Assembly (NCBI RefSeq): GCF_009914755.1
Contig: NC_060934.1
Reading direction: 5' to 3' (one strand)
Length of the DNA: 64,000 nt
Source: the human T2T-CHM13v2.0 reference genome, Homo sapiens
In this document: piece after piece, positions 24,276-37,134 of the stretch
Position numbering within the stretch: position 1 is the stretch's first letter
Layout of the letters: every line of letters begins with the position of its first letter
Notes under the pieces: generated by a model
The model's input: only the letters and a program-made list of their open reading frames with translations
Told to the model about the DNA's origin: nothing
The model's database searches: none
Program-made: the position numbers and the translations under genes

Positions 24276-26891
24276 TGACCCTGGTCAGCCCAACTTAGCC
24301 TGGAGTAGGAGTTTTGCAAATCTTTATCAGGAAAACAAAGAGAAGAAGAGGAAGAAAGAAAGGAAAAGAGGGTGGATAGAAAAGGGGAAAGAGGGGAAGA
24401 AAAGAGAGGAGGGAGGAAGGCAGAGAAGAAAGAAGAGAGAAAAGACATGAATCACAGAGCACCAGCACGCATCAGAGGAAATAATGACGTTCTCTTCAAT
24501 GCTTCTCTGTTATGGCTTGGGCTCGGCTAAACTGAAAGATTTCAGGTTGAGGTCCCTTCTCTGAGCCACAGCCTGGAGCCCCCTGCACTGCGTACATGCA
24601 GAAACATCCAGAGAGAGGACCAGCCTGTGGTCCCTCATGCACTGGGGCTGGGGGTGACCCATCTTGTCCCCAGCAGTCCCCAGCAGGGAGGGTCTTCCCA
24701 GAGCAGGCTGCCCAGTGAGGGCTGAGCTCCCTCTGGCAGGAGGCATTCAAGCCACATGGAGGTAGAACTTATACCCTTTTGCACAACCTCAAAGGTTCCT
24801 CCCCACTCTGAATCTGTTAGCAGAACAATGGAGGAGTTGAGACTTGAACTGGATCAAAGAAAAACAATGTGCTGTGTTGGCTGGGTTGCAGCTCAGATAT
24901 TTGGATCAGTGAATGCAAGGTACCCCAGTTGATGGACGGGAGCTTGCTCTGCCAGCCTTGGTCCTTTAGATTCAAGAGGCAGAAAGCACATTTGGGGGCA
25001 CCTCCTTTGTACCTGGCACTTCACTAGGGTGTTTCTGTGATCTTCCAGACAATCCTCTGTGTGAGATGGAGGCTGTTGTCCCTGTGAGGCAGATGGGGAA
25101 AGCAAGGTTCAGGGCGTGGCGCCACTGAGTCCTGGGAGCTTGGTTCCTAGGGCATTTTCTAGCTTGGGGATGGGGGGGTGCAACATTATTGGTGAACTTT
25201 CACCCCATCCATCGGTCAACCCCAGATGCTGCAGATACACCACCGCTACCACCGGAGTGAGCTATCAGCTGCCACTGACTTCCCAAACTTCCCTGATGGC
25301 CAGAGTCCCCTGGAGTGCTGATTAAAATGTGGAAGTCATTGTTATGCCGTCAAGGCCACATGCTTGGGGAAGCCAGGTTCAAGTGTGCATTGAGACCCTG
25401 GGCTGCTGCTTATGTGTGGAGCATGTTGAGGGGCTGTGACACTGTCCTGGCAGGTTTGTTGTGAGGATTAAATAAGGTAATGGCTTCAGTGCCACCTGAG
25501 CCTTTACTGGCATTTATTTATCAGGCCTTCCATAGATGTGCTTCTCTGTTTCTTCCCGCTCATAGTCCCTTAAGAGTATGTGAACAATCCCAGTTGAATT
25601 ATGCCTTCTTCCCAACAGAAACAAAGAAGAGAAAGTGGAATATTTCTGTTAAAAAAAAAAATCCCTGCAGATGCTGTAGGTACAGGGGTCAGAGAGGTGT
25701 GGCCCTGACCCATGCCCCTAGAGAGCCCAGTGTCCCCCACACACACTTCCCGGGCTTGGGAGCCCTGCTCCTCTCCAGACGTTCCCCAGCAGAAGGACAC
25801 TTCGTTGTCAGGAAATGAAGCAGTGGAAAGGAGAAAGCCAGCCTGGCCTCTCTGGTGTCCTGTTAGTGTGCGGCATCCTAGGGAGGCACCAGGAAAGACT
25901 CCCCACTCCTCAGAAGCCTAGAGCGGACTTGGCCATTTGAGAACGCTCACTGATATATAATAATGTTTAGGCGATTCAAACCTGACACAATACTCATGCT
26001 GCTGCCAAGGTTGGGGCAGCTTCCTGGGACTGCTGACATGGCTGTGCTGCCCTGGTGCCCTGGGGAACGCCTGCTTCCACCAGGCAAATAGGAAGGAGTG
26101 GCCGGCAGCCCCAGGGAAGCCGGAGCTGGAGCATTCTTGAACCAAGTTGCAGATGTAATGGTTGAGACGTCCCGGTCTTTACCTGGACCTTGGAGATTTA
26201 GTCAGGTTGCCTTGTGTAATCCTGATGCTGCTCTTTTCTTGTTAAAACAATCTTAAAAGTCCTCAGGCAGAACAAAGAGCAGATGCCTAAATGGCTGTAC
26301 TTTTGATCCTGGTTTCCCTTAGGAGGTGCTCAAAAAGCATGAGCGTTTATTTATTTCGTCTCTTTTGGAAGAATGTTTGGGTTTAATGTGAAGTGTATTT
26401 AATGATTGCATTTAAAAACTGATTGCATAAATAGAGGGCTGTGCAAATACAGGAGGGGCTGCCTTGATGCAGGGCTTGGACCCAACCCAAGCCATCCTGA
26501 GCACTTAATGAAGGTGTCAGTGACATTTGTTCATTTGTGCATGCAGAGGCAGTAGAGGGCAGGGGGAGCAAACAGGAGCTTTGGAGTCCAGCAGGCCTGA
26601 ATGCCTCCCTGTCTGCCCCTATTTCTTTGCTGTTGCTTTTTGTTGTTGTTGTTGTTTGCTACGGGATATTGACAATCTCAACCTTAATTCCTCACCTGTG
26701 CACTGAGGATTGCAAAGGGCGCCCTCATCAGTTTCATGTGAGGATTACACGAAAGGAGGGAAGCAAAGCGGGGGAGGAGGATGGTCCTGAAAGTGTGGAT
26801 CGGTGGGTGTTTGCTCCTCCAGCCCTGGGTGGGAGACCCTCAGGAGCACGAGCGAGAACTTCACAGCCTGTGGTCTCTCCTTCCCTCACAG

Positions 26892-27817
26892 AAGTGGTCG
26901 ACCAGAAGGCCGTGTATTTCTTCAACCTGACTTCCATGCAAGACTCGGAAATGATCCTTACGGCCACTTTCCACTTCTACTCAGAGCCGCCTCGGTGGCC
27001 TCGAGCGCTCGAGGTGCTATGCAAGCCGCGGGCCAAGAACGCTTCAGGCCGCCCGCTGCCCCTGGGCCCGCCCACACGCCAGCACCTGCTCTTCCGCAGC
27101 CTCTCGCAGAACACGGCCACACAGGGGCTACTCCGCGGGGCCATGGCCCTGGCGCCCCCACCGCGCGGCCTGTGGCAGGCCAAGGACATCTCCCCCATCG
27201 TCAAGGCGGCCCGCCGGGATGGCGAGCTGCTCCTCTCCGCCCAGCTGGATTCTGAGGAGAGGGACCCGGGGGTGCCCCGGCCCAGCCCCTATGCGCCCTA
27301 CATCCTAGTCTATGCCAACGATCTGGCCATCTCGGAGCCCAACAGCGTGGCAGTGACGCTGCAGAGATACGACCCCTTCCCTGCCGGAGACCCCGAGCCC
27401 CGCGCAGCCCCCAACAACTCAGCGGACCCCCGCGTGCGCCGAGCCGCGCAGGCCACTGGGCCCCTCCAGGACAACGAGCTGCCGGGGCTGGATGAGAGGC
27501 CGCCGCGCGCCCACGCACAGCACTTCCACAAGCACCAGCTGTGGCCCAGCCCCTTCCGGGCGCTGAAACCCCGGCCAGGGCGCAAAGACCGCAGGAAGAA
27601 GGGCCAGGAGGTGTTCATGGCCGCCTCGCAGGTGCTGGACTTTGACGAGAAGACGATGCAGAAAGCCCGGAGGAAGCAGTGGGATGAGCCGAGGGTGTGC
27701 TCCCGGAGGTACCTGAAGGTGGACTTCGCAGACATCGGCTGGAATGAATGGATAATCTCACCGAAATCTTTTGATGCCTACTACTGCGCGGGAGCATGTG
27801 AGTTCCCCATGCCTAAG
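26892..27817 (+). CDS. GDF10: GDF10 coding exon 2: prodomain, basic cleavage sites, first part of the TGF-beta domain
   Basis: Acceptor ccttccctcacag|aa. Reads EVVDQKAVYFFNL...RVRR...KARRKQWDEPRVCSRRYLKVDFADIGWNEWIISPKSFDAYYCAGACEFPMPK. Donor AAG|gtaggg. 926 nt; phase consistent with exons 1 and 3. Confidence 0.98.
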
Positions 27818-29696
27818 GTAGGGTTTCTTCCGCCTTTTGCCAAATTCTAAGGCTCAGCTCTGCCGCTACCGTCAAGTTCCTCAGCCTGCAGGACTTCTGT
27901 TTCCCCATCTGCAAAATGGGAATAACAGTACTTCCTATCTATTCCAGGCAGGAAATAGGTAGACATAGGTCACCAAGTGGCAGCCCGTAGGGTAGTTGCC
28001 GCCCACATATGTGTGAGTTTGGCTGTGTTTTTTGAAGTATTGGCTTGGTTGAATTGGGACTTTAAAATGAGAACATTCTTTTGAAAAGCAGGAGAATCCA
28101 TGTCTTTAGAAACGCATCCCCACATAGCAACTATCTGCAGAGGTTGAGTAGATGCTGCTTCCTGTACACACGGCAGGTCCCAGAAGCTCCTTCCTGACCA
28201 AGGCTCTCATTTCTGTTCCCAGCCTGGACCCCAGAGTGTGGCAATCTGTGACTAGCACAGTGCTAGCCTCAGCAGCTCTCCCACTGTAGATTCCCTCCTC
28301 CTTGCAGCTCAGGGCAGGAATCCACAGGGAATAGGCCTTCACTGTGCACAGGGTCTGCAGGACACACAGCACTGGGCTGTTCTGTCTGTTGCACCAGCCT
28401 AAGGATTTCCAGTTCTCACCTTCGCTCCAGACTGGGCTGTGGCTGAGTCCATCCCTCTCCCTGCAGCCTGCTCTGCAGCAGCCTGGCTGCTTGTGATGTC
28501 AGCCCTCGGCACTCAGCACACAGTTTCTTCCTGCTTAGTTACTCTGCCCAGGGCAGGTCATGCCTTTCCCTCCAAGAAAAGAAAGTCAGTGCATAAATCC
28601 AATTTGAACTTAAATAATCAGCCAGCTGGGGAAGTCCAGACCCAGACATGGGGCAGCAGTAACGTGTTTGGGAATTAAATGGCTTCTCCTCAAAACTTCT
28701 CCTCAAAACCGTGCATGTGCAAGAGAGAGGGAGGTGCCTGACATAGAGACGGAGCCTGCTAAAAGGGCCTAGCAAAGACCCAGGCAGATGCAAGCCCGGA
28801 ACCCTGAAGGCTTGCAGCTGGTTGGCCATGCGGTTAGCTTATCACCCTGGCTTGCTGCCTCCCCACCTTCCGGGACACCAGCCAGAACGCTGCAAAGGCA
28901 GGTGTCCCTGCCCTGCTCCCTTCCCACCACACCCACACAAGAGGGCTTCCTCCTCAACAGCACTACATATACAAATCTCTGTTTGGCTGGTGATGCACTG
29001 AAGTGGATGACCCGGTTGGTTCATCTTGTCAGAGGTGGGCACAGTTTTCCAAGCCAGGTCACTTTCTAACTAGGGGTCTTGGTCAAGTTACTCAGTCATT
29101 TTAAACCTCGGTGTCTTCCCAGTAAAGTCCAGGTAATACCCACCCCATAAAATTGCTAAGCTGACAAAAAAAAGGGGGTGATGCAGGGAGAGCAGCCCCT
29201 AGGAAATGTCAATGTCCAGCCTGTCACACTGCCACGCACATGCCAGGCCTTCCCTTCAGTGACAAGAGCACAACCTCGTGAGAAGCATGCCTGTCCTCCT
29301 CAGACTGCGAGACCAGGGCTGTGCTGGCATCTCGCTGGGTTTTCCCTCTGGGCAGCTTCTGCCTGCTTCCTGGTGCTCCGCGGGGATGTGTGACACTCAG
29401 GCGCCCCCATGTGGCCCTGCCGTGTTGGGGACACAGCGTGCCTCAGGGAAGCCAAAGGGCAGGAAGGCCTGGGGGCTCTTGGAGACCTCAGCCCGGAACT
29501 CAGCGTATGTCTGATTTTAGAGGAACCGTGTGCCCCGCCTTGGGATCTCGTCCATTCCTCTAGGTGGATGCCTATTCTGTGGCCTCAGCCGGGGAACAAC
29601 AGCAGAGCAGTATGGCCTGGGACTGTGAGGATGGCATGGGTGCGTGGGTGGGTGAGGGCAGAGCTGAGGTAACCCTACTCCTTTTCTGCCTTGCAG

Positions 29697-29888
29697 ATCG
29701 TTCGTCCATCCAACCATGCCACCATCCAGAGCATTGTCAGGGCTGTGGGCATCATCCCTGGCATCCCAGAGCCCTGCTGTGTTCCCGATAAGATGAACTC
29801 CCTTGGGGTCCTCTTCCTGGATGAGAATCGGAATGTGGTTCTGAAGGTGTACCCCAACATGTCCGTGGACACCTGTGCCTGCCGGTGA
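29697..29888 (+). CDS. GDF10: GDF10 coding exon 3: C-terminal cystine-knot half
   Basis: Acceptor cttttctgccttgcag|atc. Reads [14 protein letters not shown]...PCCVP...VDTCACR-TGA. Spliced total 319+926+192=1437 nt = 478 aa plus stop. Confidence 0.98.
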   Translation: MVRPSNHATIQSIVRAVGIIPGIPEPCCVPDKMNSLGVLFLDENRNVVLKVYPNMSVDTCACR

Positions 29889-30640
29889 GACCACTCCAGG
29901 GTGGAAAGAAGCCACGCCCAGCAGAGCTGCCTTCTCGGAGCCTTCTGCAACCAGGACTTGTGGTGCAGCTGCAGACACAGAGCACAGCTCATGGGCAACA
30001 TCACTGGGGCCCAGAGAGAGCTGTCCGCCAGTGCATCATTAGGGGGTCTTTCATTGCTAGTGACTAGCCCCTTAAATGCCAGCCTGAGTACCTGAAGGAA
30101 TCTGGGAATTAGCCCTGGCCTGAAAGTGGCCCATCATTCATACCCACTGTTCTGAAGGCTTGAAAACAAAACATATCCACAACATTGGCTTGATGTGATC
30201 ATCATCTCATAACTGAGCAAGAAGACTATGCAAATCTTAGGGCGCTCGCTCCCTGCACACGGAAAGAACTCTGTTTAAATGCTCAGTTCAGAACACTTTG
30301 GGCCACATAGTGATTTTGGAAAACAGGATAATCGTGGTGTAAATGAGTGTTTCCTTTCAAAGTCCACTGCAGAGCTTTTATCCATATGGTATGCACATGT
30401 AGCCAATATTGGTTTCTTTTTCTTAATATATATATTTTATTTTAAAACAACAAAAAGGGAGGGCGTTGACACCATTCCCCACAGAGATAGTCATGCTGAG
30501 TGTGGGTTGTTTAAACATGCATATTGAAATAACACATATAGTAACGTGGGAATACTAAAAAATAACCAAGATTTTATATTTTTGTAAATTATACTTTCTA
30601 TACTGTAGATTGTGTATGTTATGTGTTTTTATGGAAAGCT

Positions 30641-30646
30641 AATAAA
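30641..30646 (+). terminator. GDF10: GDF10 polyadenylation signal (AATAAA, with adjacent ATTAAA)
   Basis: AATAAA at the end of a U-rich 3' UTR, about 750 nt after the stop codon. Confidence 0.85.
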
Positions 30647-33600
30647 TTAAAGGTACAGTGGTATCTTGAAAAACTGAATGTCACCCATTTCAAAATCTCA
30701 CTGGCTCCCCATCTGTAAGTACACCATCTGGTGGTTGCTGGGGACTCAGCCTCTTTTAGGGTCGCTGGAGTCCCCTAAGCCATCTCCATACTCCCTGGTG
30801 TCTGTCCCAGGCTCCAGAAACCCAGGCTTTCCCATGCTTTCCAGGGGCCTGTCCCACTACTGGTTCCTGCAAACCCAAGCTAGGCTGATGTTGAGAATGG
30901 ACATGGCTCCAGACAGGGACAGTGGCCTCTCGGGGTTTCTCCTCATCCCCTAGCCTCAGGGACATGGATTGATTGGGAGGTGCCTGGGGTGTTTTAAAAA
31001 ACATCTATGGTTGCCTGGTCAGAGATCTTTTACTTCTGGTAATTCATGGAGCAAGAGATTCAACATAAGTAGGGGTCTCTCCTGAGGTCCAAGGACTCAT
31101 GAGGAAGTGGACGGGCCATGTGGTCTCCTGCACCTGCTTCTCTTTTGCTTGTGTGTAGAAGGATCACCCAAGCCACCCCAAATTGTTCCCTTATGCCCTT
31201 CGTTTACATTGCCTTATGATGGAGTGCCTGAAGCTGCTTAACCAGCATTTCTGAAAGAGAATCTGGATCCAATTTGAGACAGGTGTATATATAGCAGTCC
31301 CATCAGCTGGGACCTACAGATGACGTGGCCCCAAGTCTTAGAGGAAACTGCAAAGCCATAGTGGTTTTCTAAGAGGGGATGTCCAAGGAGAGAAGCAGCT
31401 CTGGTGTCTGTCTTGGGCCTTAGGCTGGGCTCTGGAGACCAGGATTCCTGTGCAAGGGATATATGGGGAAGTGCTCTCAGGAGACATGGGCAAGGGTGAG
31501 GTGAAGCAGAAAAGCAGGCTGGGAGCAATCCTGTGGGGAGCTTTGGAGCTTAGTTACTCCTCAGGGCAGTGTGGCCTCGAGCAAGGGAGCTGGGTGTTCA
31601 GGGCCTCTTGGCTTCTGGCTGCCCTGGGAAGGGCGATGTAAAGTCCCAGTTCCCTGGCCTTCTGCCCAGGCAGCCACAGTGATTCCAGGAGCCTAGGTGG
31701 CATCCGAAGAGTGGCAACTCCTGGAGGCGAAGCCATTGAAACTGGAGAATGATTAGCCAGAACTGGTAGGTGAGGGGGATGCGAGGGTGCCAGGGTGAAG
31801 CCCCGCAGCTTCTGCTCAGCATCTCCTATGAGGTGCTCCAAGTGACCCTGGGACACATGCGTGAGCAGCTGCCGTGGGGACCCCTACCTGCTGGGCACAT
31901 GGCCCTGCCTGCTGACAGAGGTCAGGGGAGTGGGGGGATGGTCCTCCACACTCACCACCTTATTCCCTTACTCCCACAGGAACTGGACATGGGACCAAAT
32001 TGTTCCCTTCAAGCTGCTATAGGTTGCTGGGCTGGCGCAAACTGGCCTGCACTTTAGTGCTTGGTTTGCCATGTCTAATTCTCTTTGGAACATGACAGGA
32101 TATAAGTTAATAGCAAAATAAGTAAAAATATTGGGGCTTAATAAAACTCCAAGTCCCTTTCTTCTGAATATTCCATCCCTCATTTTCTTCTCATTCAACT
32201 GCCCCCTTTCTATTTTTGCTAAACATGGGCTGTCCAATAGTAGTTTTATCTTATTCTTTCTAGCACTTGCAGTTTCTGGGAGGCCTTCTGGATTCCCCCC
32301 AAATACCTGGAATGCCTCTGAGTCCTCATGTCTGGCTTACTGGGGTTGGGGAGGGCAGGCTGGGACACTCTCCCTGGGTCCAGCTGTGGGCATGGCCTCC
32401 AGGCCTGTGCCTGGATGGAAGGTGCTCAGTTGTTGCCATCTTTCCTGGGCATGCCCTGAAGACCTTGGAATGTGAAATGGGGCAGGTCCCAACTGCGGAC
32501 ATGACATGTCCCAACTCTACAGTAGGAGAAGCTGGTATCATTAGTGACCCCTCCAATGTATAGAAGACCACGCAGTTACAGGATCTTGCTTAGCCTCACA
32601 GCAGCCTTGCAACTTACTGCCCAATTGGAGCTGCAGAAAAACAAGCTCAGGAAGGGTAAGTAACATGTCCATTGATGTCTTGCCAAGACCACAGGGAACA
32701 TTAAGTTTGATGCTCAAGGCCGCCTGATTTAAGGCCTACATGACTGGCACTGACCCTGAACTTCCTGGCCAGTGATCCCCAGTGTGCTAGGATTGTCCCA
32801 ACAACACTGAGGTTGGGACACAGTAAAGTGAGGTTAAAAAGAAATATGTTTATGAAATAACTTGTTTTTCCCTTAAAACAAAAAATGTCAACATTACATT
32901 GTCATAAGAGCCCAAAAGATTCCATCATACGGTCTGGACACGGTTTGCTGATGTCACTCAACTGGGCCTGTTTCATTCTGGAGGGAGCAGGGTGGTGGCC
33001 TGCAGCTGGGCCGCATCTCTGAATTTACACATCCTCTAGAAGGGCAGGGCCTCTTATAGATTAGTTCATGTGACAAACATAAATAGTACCATTGAGAGCT
33101 AAAAACTTGAGGGCTGGGAGAAAACTTCAGAAGGCTTCCAATACAACCTTTATACTTGAGAAATGGGGAGACTTGAGTCCTGGTACTACCAGGTGTTTTG
33201 CCTGGGGTGTCCCAATAGGTGCCTCTCTATGACTTCATAAAATGTCATCAGAGCAGAAGCTTATAACTCATGTTTCTTCTGTGGCCAGGATGGAGACAAA
33301 GCTGTGACTGAGGAACTTATGCATGTCTGAGGTGGGAAGGGGAGGATGAGAGGAGGAGACTCTGGAGGAGGAGGAATGGAGATGACTCCACAAAGAGGCT
33401 GACTTTGAGACCAAGCAGGACGAAAGAGCCGGGCTTGGCTGGTGGAATAAGGACATCACAAAGAGCGTCTGCAGCAGCGCATGCCAGGGAGGGCTTGAAG
33501 GTAGTGTCAGTGAGAAACCAGGAGGGCTGGCCAGCTGGCCAGCTCTGGCTGTGACTTGTGCACCAAAACACCAACATTAGAGTTCAAAACTATTTCCCTT

Positions 33601-35484
33601 TACCAAAACTTGGAAACATAAGATCCTTCACAGGTGTTTCTGGGATTTCCATTCCCCTTCTCTCTGCTCCCTGAGATAATAATGTCCATGAATCCTCTAT
33701 CTACCCTGCCTCCAGTCCGCTCACTCACGCTCAGCCCAACCCCAAGCCATGCTCCTCTAGCATCTCCCAGCAGGCTTGTTTGTATGGGTCAGGGATAGGT
33801 GGGTCAGATGGAGAAGAAATATGTTTATTTATCCAATTATGTAGCATTTACTATGTGCCAAATACCATGCTAGGCAATGTATTCATATGTTTTCTCTTGG
33901 AAGGCTCTTATGAGTTCCCTCTTTTGTCAAAACCACTGTGCAAAATGCCTATCAGAGTTGCCTGGAGAGCTTGACACAGTTGGGCCCCCTAGCATTGTTT
34001 CTGATTCAGGTTGAGCCTTTATTTCTATCCAGTTCCCAGGCACTGCTGCTGCTGGCTCCATGGCCATGCTTTGAGAACAGGTTTTTTTAGTGATGTCTCC
34101 TGGGAGGGAAGGGGTCCCTGATGCTCTGGAGTCATGGTGTAACAGAAACTCAGGTGAATCCTTTCTCCCTCCATGAAGGAACACTGAGGTCAATGTCACC
34201 TTTTTGGAGGAACGGGCTTCAAGGATGCTTGAAATAAATGGATGAGTCAAGTTTACTTCTTTTGTTCATTGAATTGTGCTTCTTCCGTACCAATTGCAGT
34301 GATGCCATGATTTCTGTAATTCACAAGTCCTGAGATTTGTGACCCTACTGAGGTTTTGGTTAAAAGTAACAACAGCACAGTCATGTGAAACCGTCTGGGT
34401 ATTGAGAAGAGACAGGAGGACAGGGCCAAGCTGGCAGCCACTGGGGCAGAACCCAGCCTGACTAGCACCCACCACAGAGCATGCCGAGGTGTTCAAAGAC
34501 ATATGCAGAGACGAGCATGGGAGGCCTGCCCTGGAGGAGCCTTGGCTGGCTGTGAAGGCCCGGCAGGCTCACTGGGCATGTCAAATTGCTGCCAGCAGAG
34601 GAGCAGCCCTGGGGCCCTTTAGTGGTTGTTAGATGAATCCAACTGTTTCTTGGAACACAGAGGTTGCATGGTGCAGGAGTCCTAGGCAGGTACTAAAAGG
34701 CAGTCAGAACTGGCCCTGGTGGAGGACAGGGGGAAGGGACATGAGGTGGTCCTGGTGGAAGAGCACAGCTCCCTCTGCAGCTCCATGGAAAGGAAGGGCA
34801 GAGCTGTCCCAGGGGTGGGGGAGAGAGAAACAGTCACAGAAAGATCATGTACTGACAGGAGCAATACTAATGACTAGTTATTGCATGCTTACCCTGGGCC
34901 ATATTCCTGTGGAACACCCAGGAATCTGTGGTGCCCTCTGGCCCTCTCCCTAGACTCACAGCACGGTAACAAATGTGATTCCTGAGCACGGCCCTGGACT
35001 AGCACAGGATGAGACCTGGCCACTGCTATACCTCCTTGGAGGCTGAAGCCCAGATCCTGTGGTTTGTCTCCTGAAAAAAGTGGGGGAAAATATAGTCCAG
35101 CCTAAGGAGCAATGCAAATTAGCATTTTTGTTGCTGCTGTTCATTAATTTGCCAAGGATTAGAAAGAAGTATTGGTTAACAGTGTGGTAAGATGAGTTCT
35201 TAGGCTCAGCTGAGAGTGAATATTTAAAAAGCATTTGTGGAAAGCCGCTTAGCAATGCTTACCAAGAGCTTTGCAAATGTTATGTATACCTTGACCTAGA
35301 TATTCCACTTCCAATGACCTGTCCAATAAAATAATACAAAATATACACTATAACAATGTACGACAATGTGTCTTGCAACATTATCTTAATAGTCTTGATT
35401 GTCCTACCATTGGAAAATATTTGACTAAATTAAGATATGTCCATAGAACTGGAAAATGTTTAGTCATTAAAAATGAAGTTCATG

Positions 35485-35793
35485 GGCTGGACGCAGTGGC
35501 TCACGCCTGTAATCCCAGCACTTTGTGTAGTGGAGGCTGGCAGATCACTTGAGTCCAGGAGTTTGAGACCAAACTGGGCAATGACAGAACCCCATCTCTA
35601 TAAAAAAATATAAAAATTAGGCTGGCGTGGCGGCTTATGCCTGTGGTCCCAACTACTCAGGAGGCTGAGATGGAAAGATCACCTGGGACCAGAGAGGTCG
35701 AGGCTACAGTGAGCCATGATCATGCCACTGCACTCCAGCCTGGGTGACAGAGTGAGATCTCGTCTCAAAAAAAAAAAAAAAAAAAAAAAAAAA
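35485..35793 (+). mobile_element. AluJ, full length, inside an old L1 fragment
   Basis: J-type diagnostics (gatcacttgagtccaggagtttgagacc; gagccatgatcatgccactg). A-tail at 35767-35793. TSD aaaaatgaagttcatg. Confidence 0.9.
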
Positions 35794-35829
35794 TGAAGTT
35801 CATGAAAAGCTTTTCACGAAGTGGGAAGG

Positions 35830-36365
35830 TATTTACACAATCCTTTCCCAGTACCTCCTCCTAGTGCCCAGACCTAGACCCTTCTGGGGTTCTTGCCAAC
35901 CTGACTCTCTCCCTGTGCTGTCTGCGCCACGCCCATCCCAGGGTCCTAAGCCAATCAGGACATTCAGGACATTGCATTCCCCCAGCCACGGTGATTGGCT
36001 GGAGTGTTTGTAGATTATCCAATCAGAGTCAGAGAGACACCACGAGACTCCCTAGGACTTCCTGGAAAAGAGGCTTTTGCTCCTCCTTGACCCCACCTAG
36101 CTACCCATTTGAAAGGGATGCGGGCCGGCTGCAGTGAGCGGCCACCTTGCCAAGACACAGAGAGATGGAGCGTGAAGCCAACACAGTGTAAGGCAGGACT
36201 GAGAGAGGAGAAAGCATGGCTAGAACTTTGCCTGTACTGTAGCTCAAGCCACGCTAAAGCCAAACCGTTGCCAACCAAGAAGGTTTCATTAGTCAGGTGC
36301 AATCCACTTTGCTTAGGCCTGTTTGGATTCTGCTTTTCTGCAACCTGTGACAAAAGGAATCCAAA
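35830..36365. mobile_element. Old MaLR LTR (MLT1K/L-like)
   Basis: ccaatcag...gtgattgg...ccaatcagagtc...gaagccaacacag...tttgcttaggcctgtttgg...tgtgacaaaaggaatcc pattern. Confidence 0.45.
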
Positions 36366-36513
36366 TGACAACATTTTAAAAATTTTAATTAAAAAATTTT
36401 TGTCAAAGAGAAGCAAGCCTGTATATATCAAACCATGTATACCTCAAGTGGCTTCGAAAGTAAACCTAAGGCAGAGACTGAAGACACTTTGGTGTAGATT
36501 TTCTTAAATTTTA

Positions 36514-37134
<621 letters not shown>

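Noticed and set aside
26537-26891. 118-codon in-frame extension upstream of GDF10 exon 2
   Set aside because: Intronic, starts at a non-ATG codon and runs through a MIR and a (GTT)n tract. The real acceptor is at 26890-26891.
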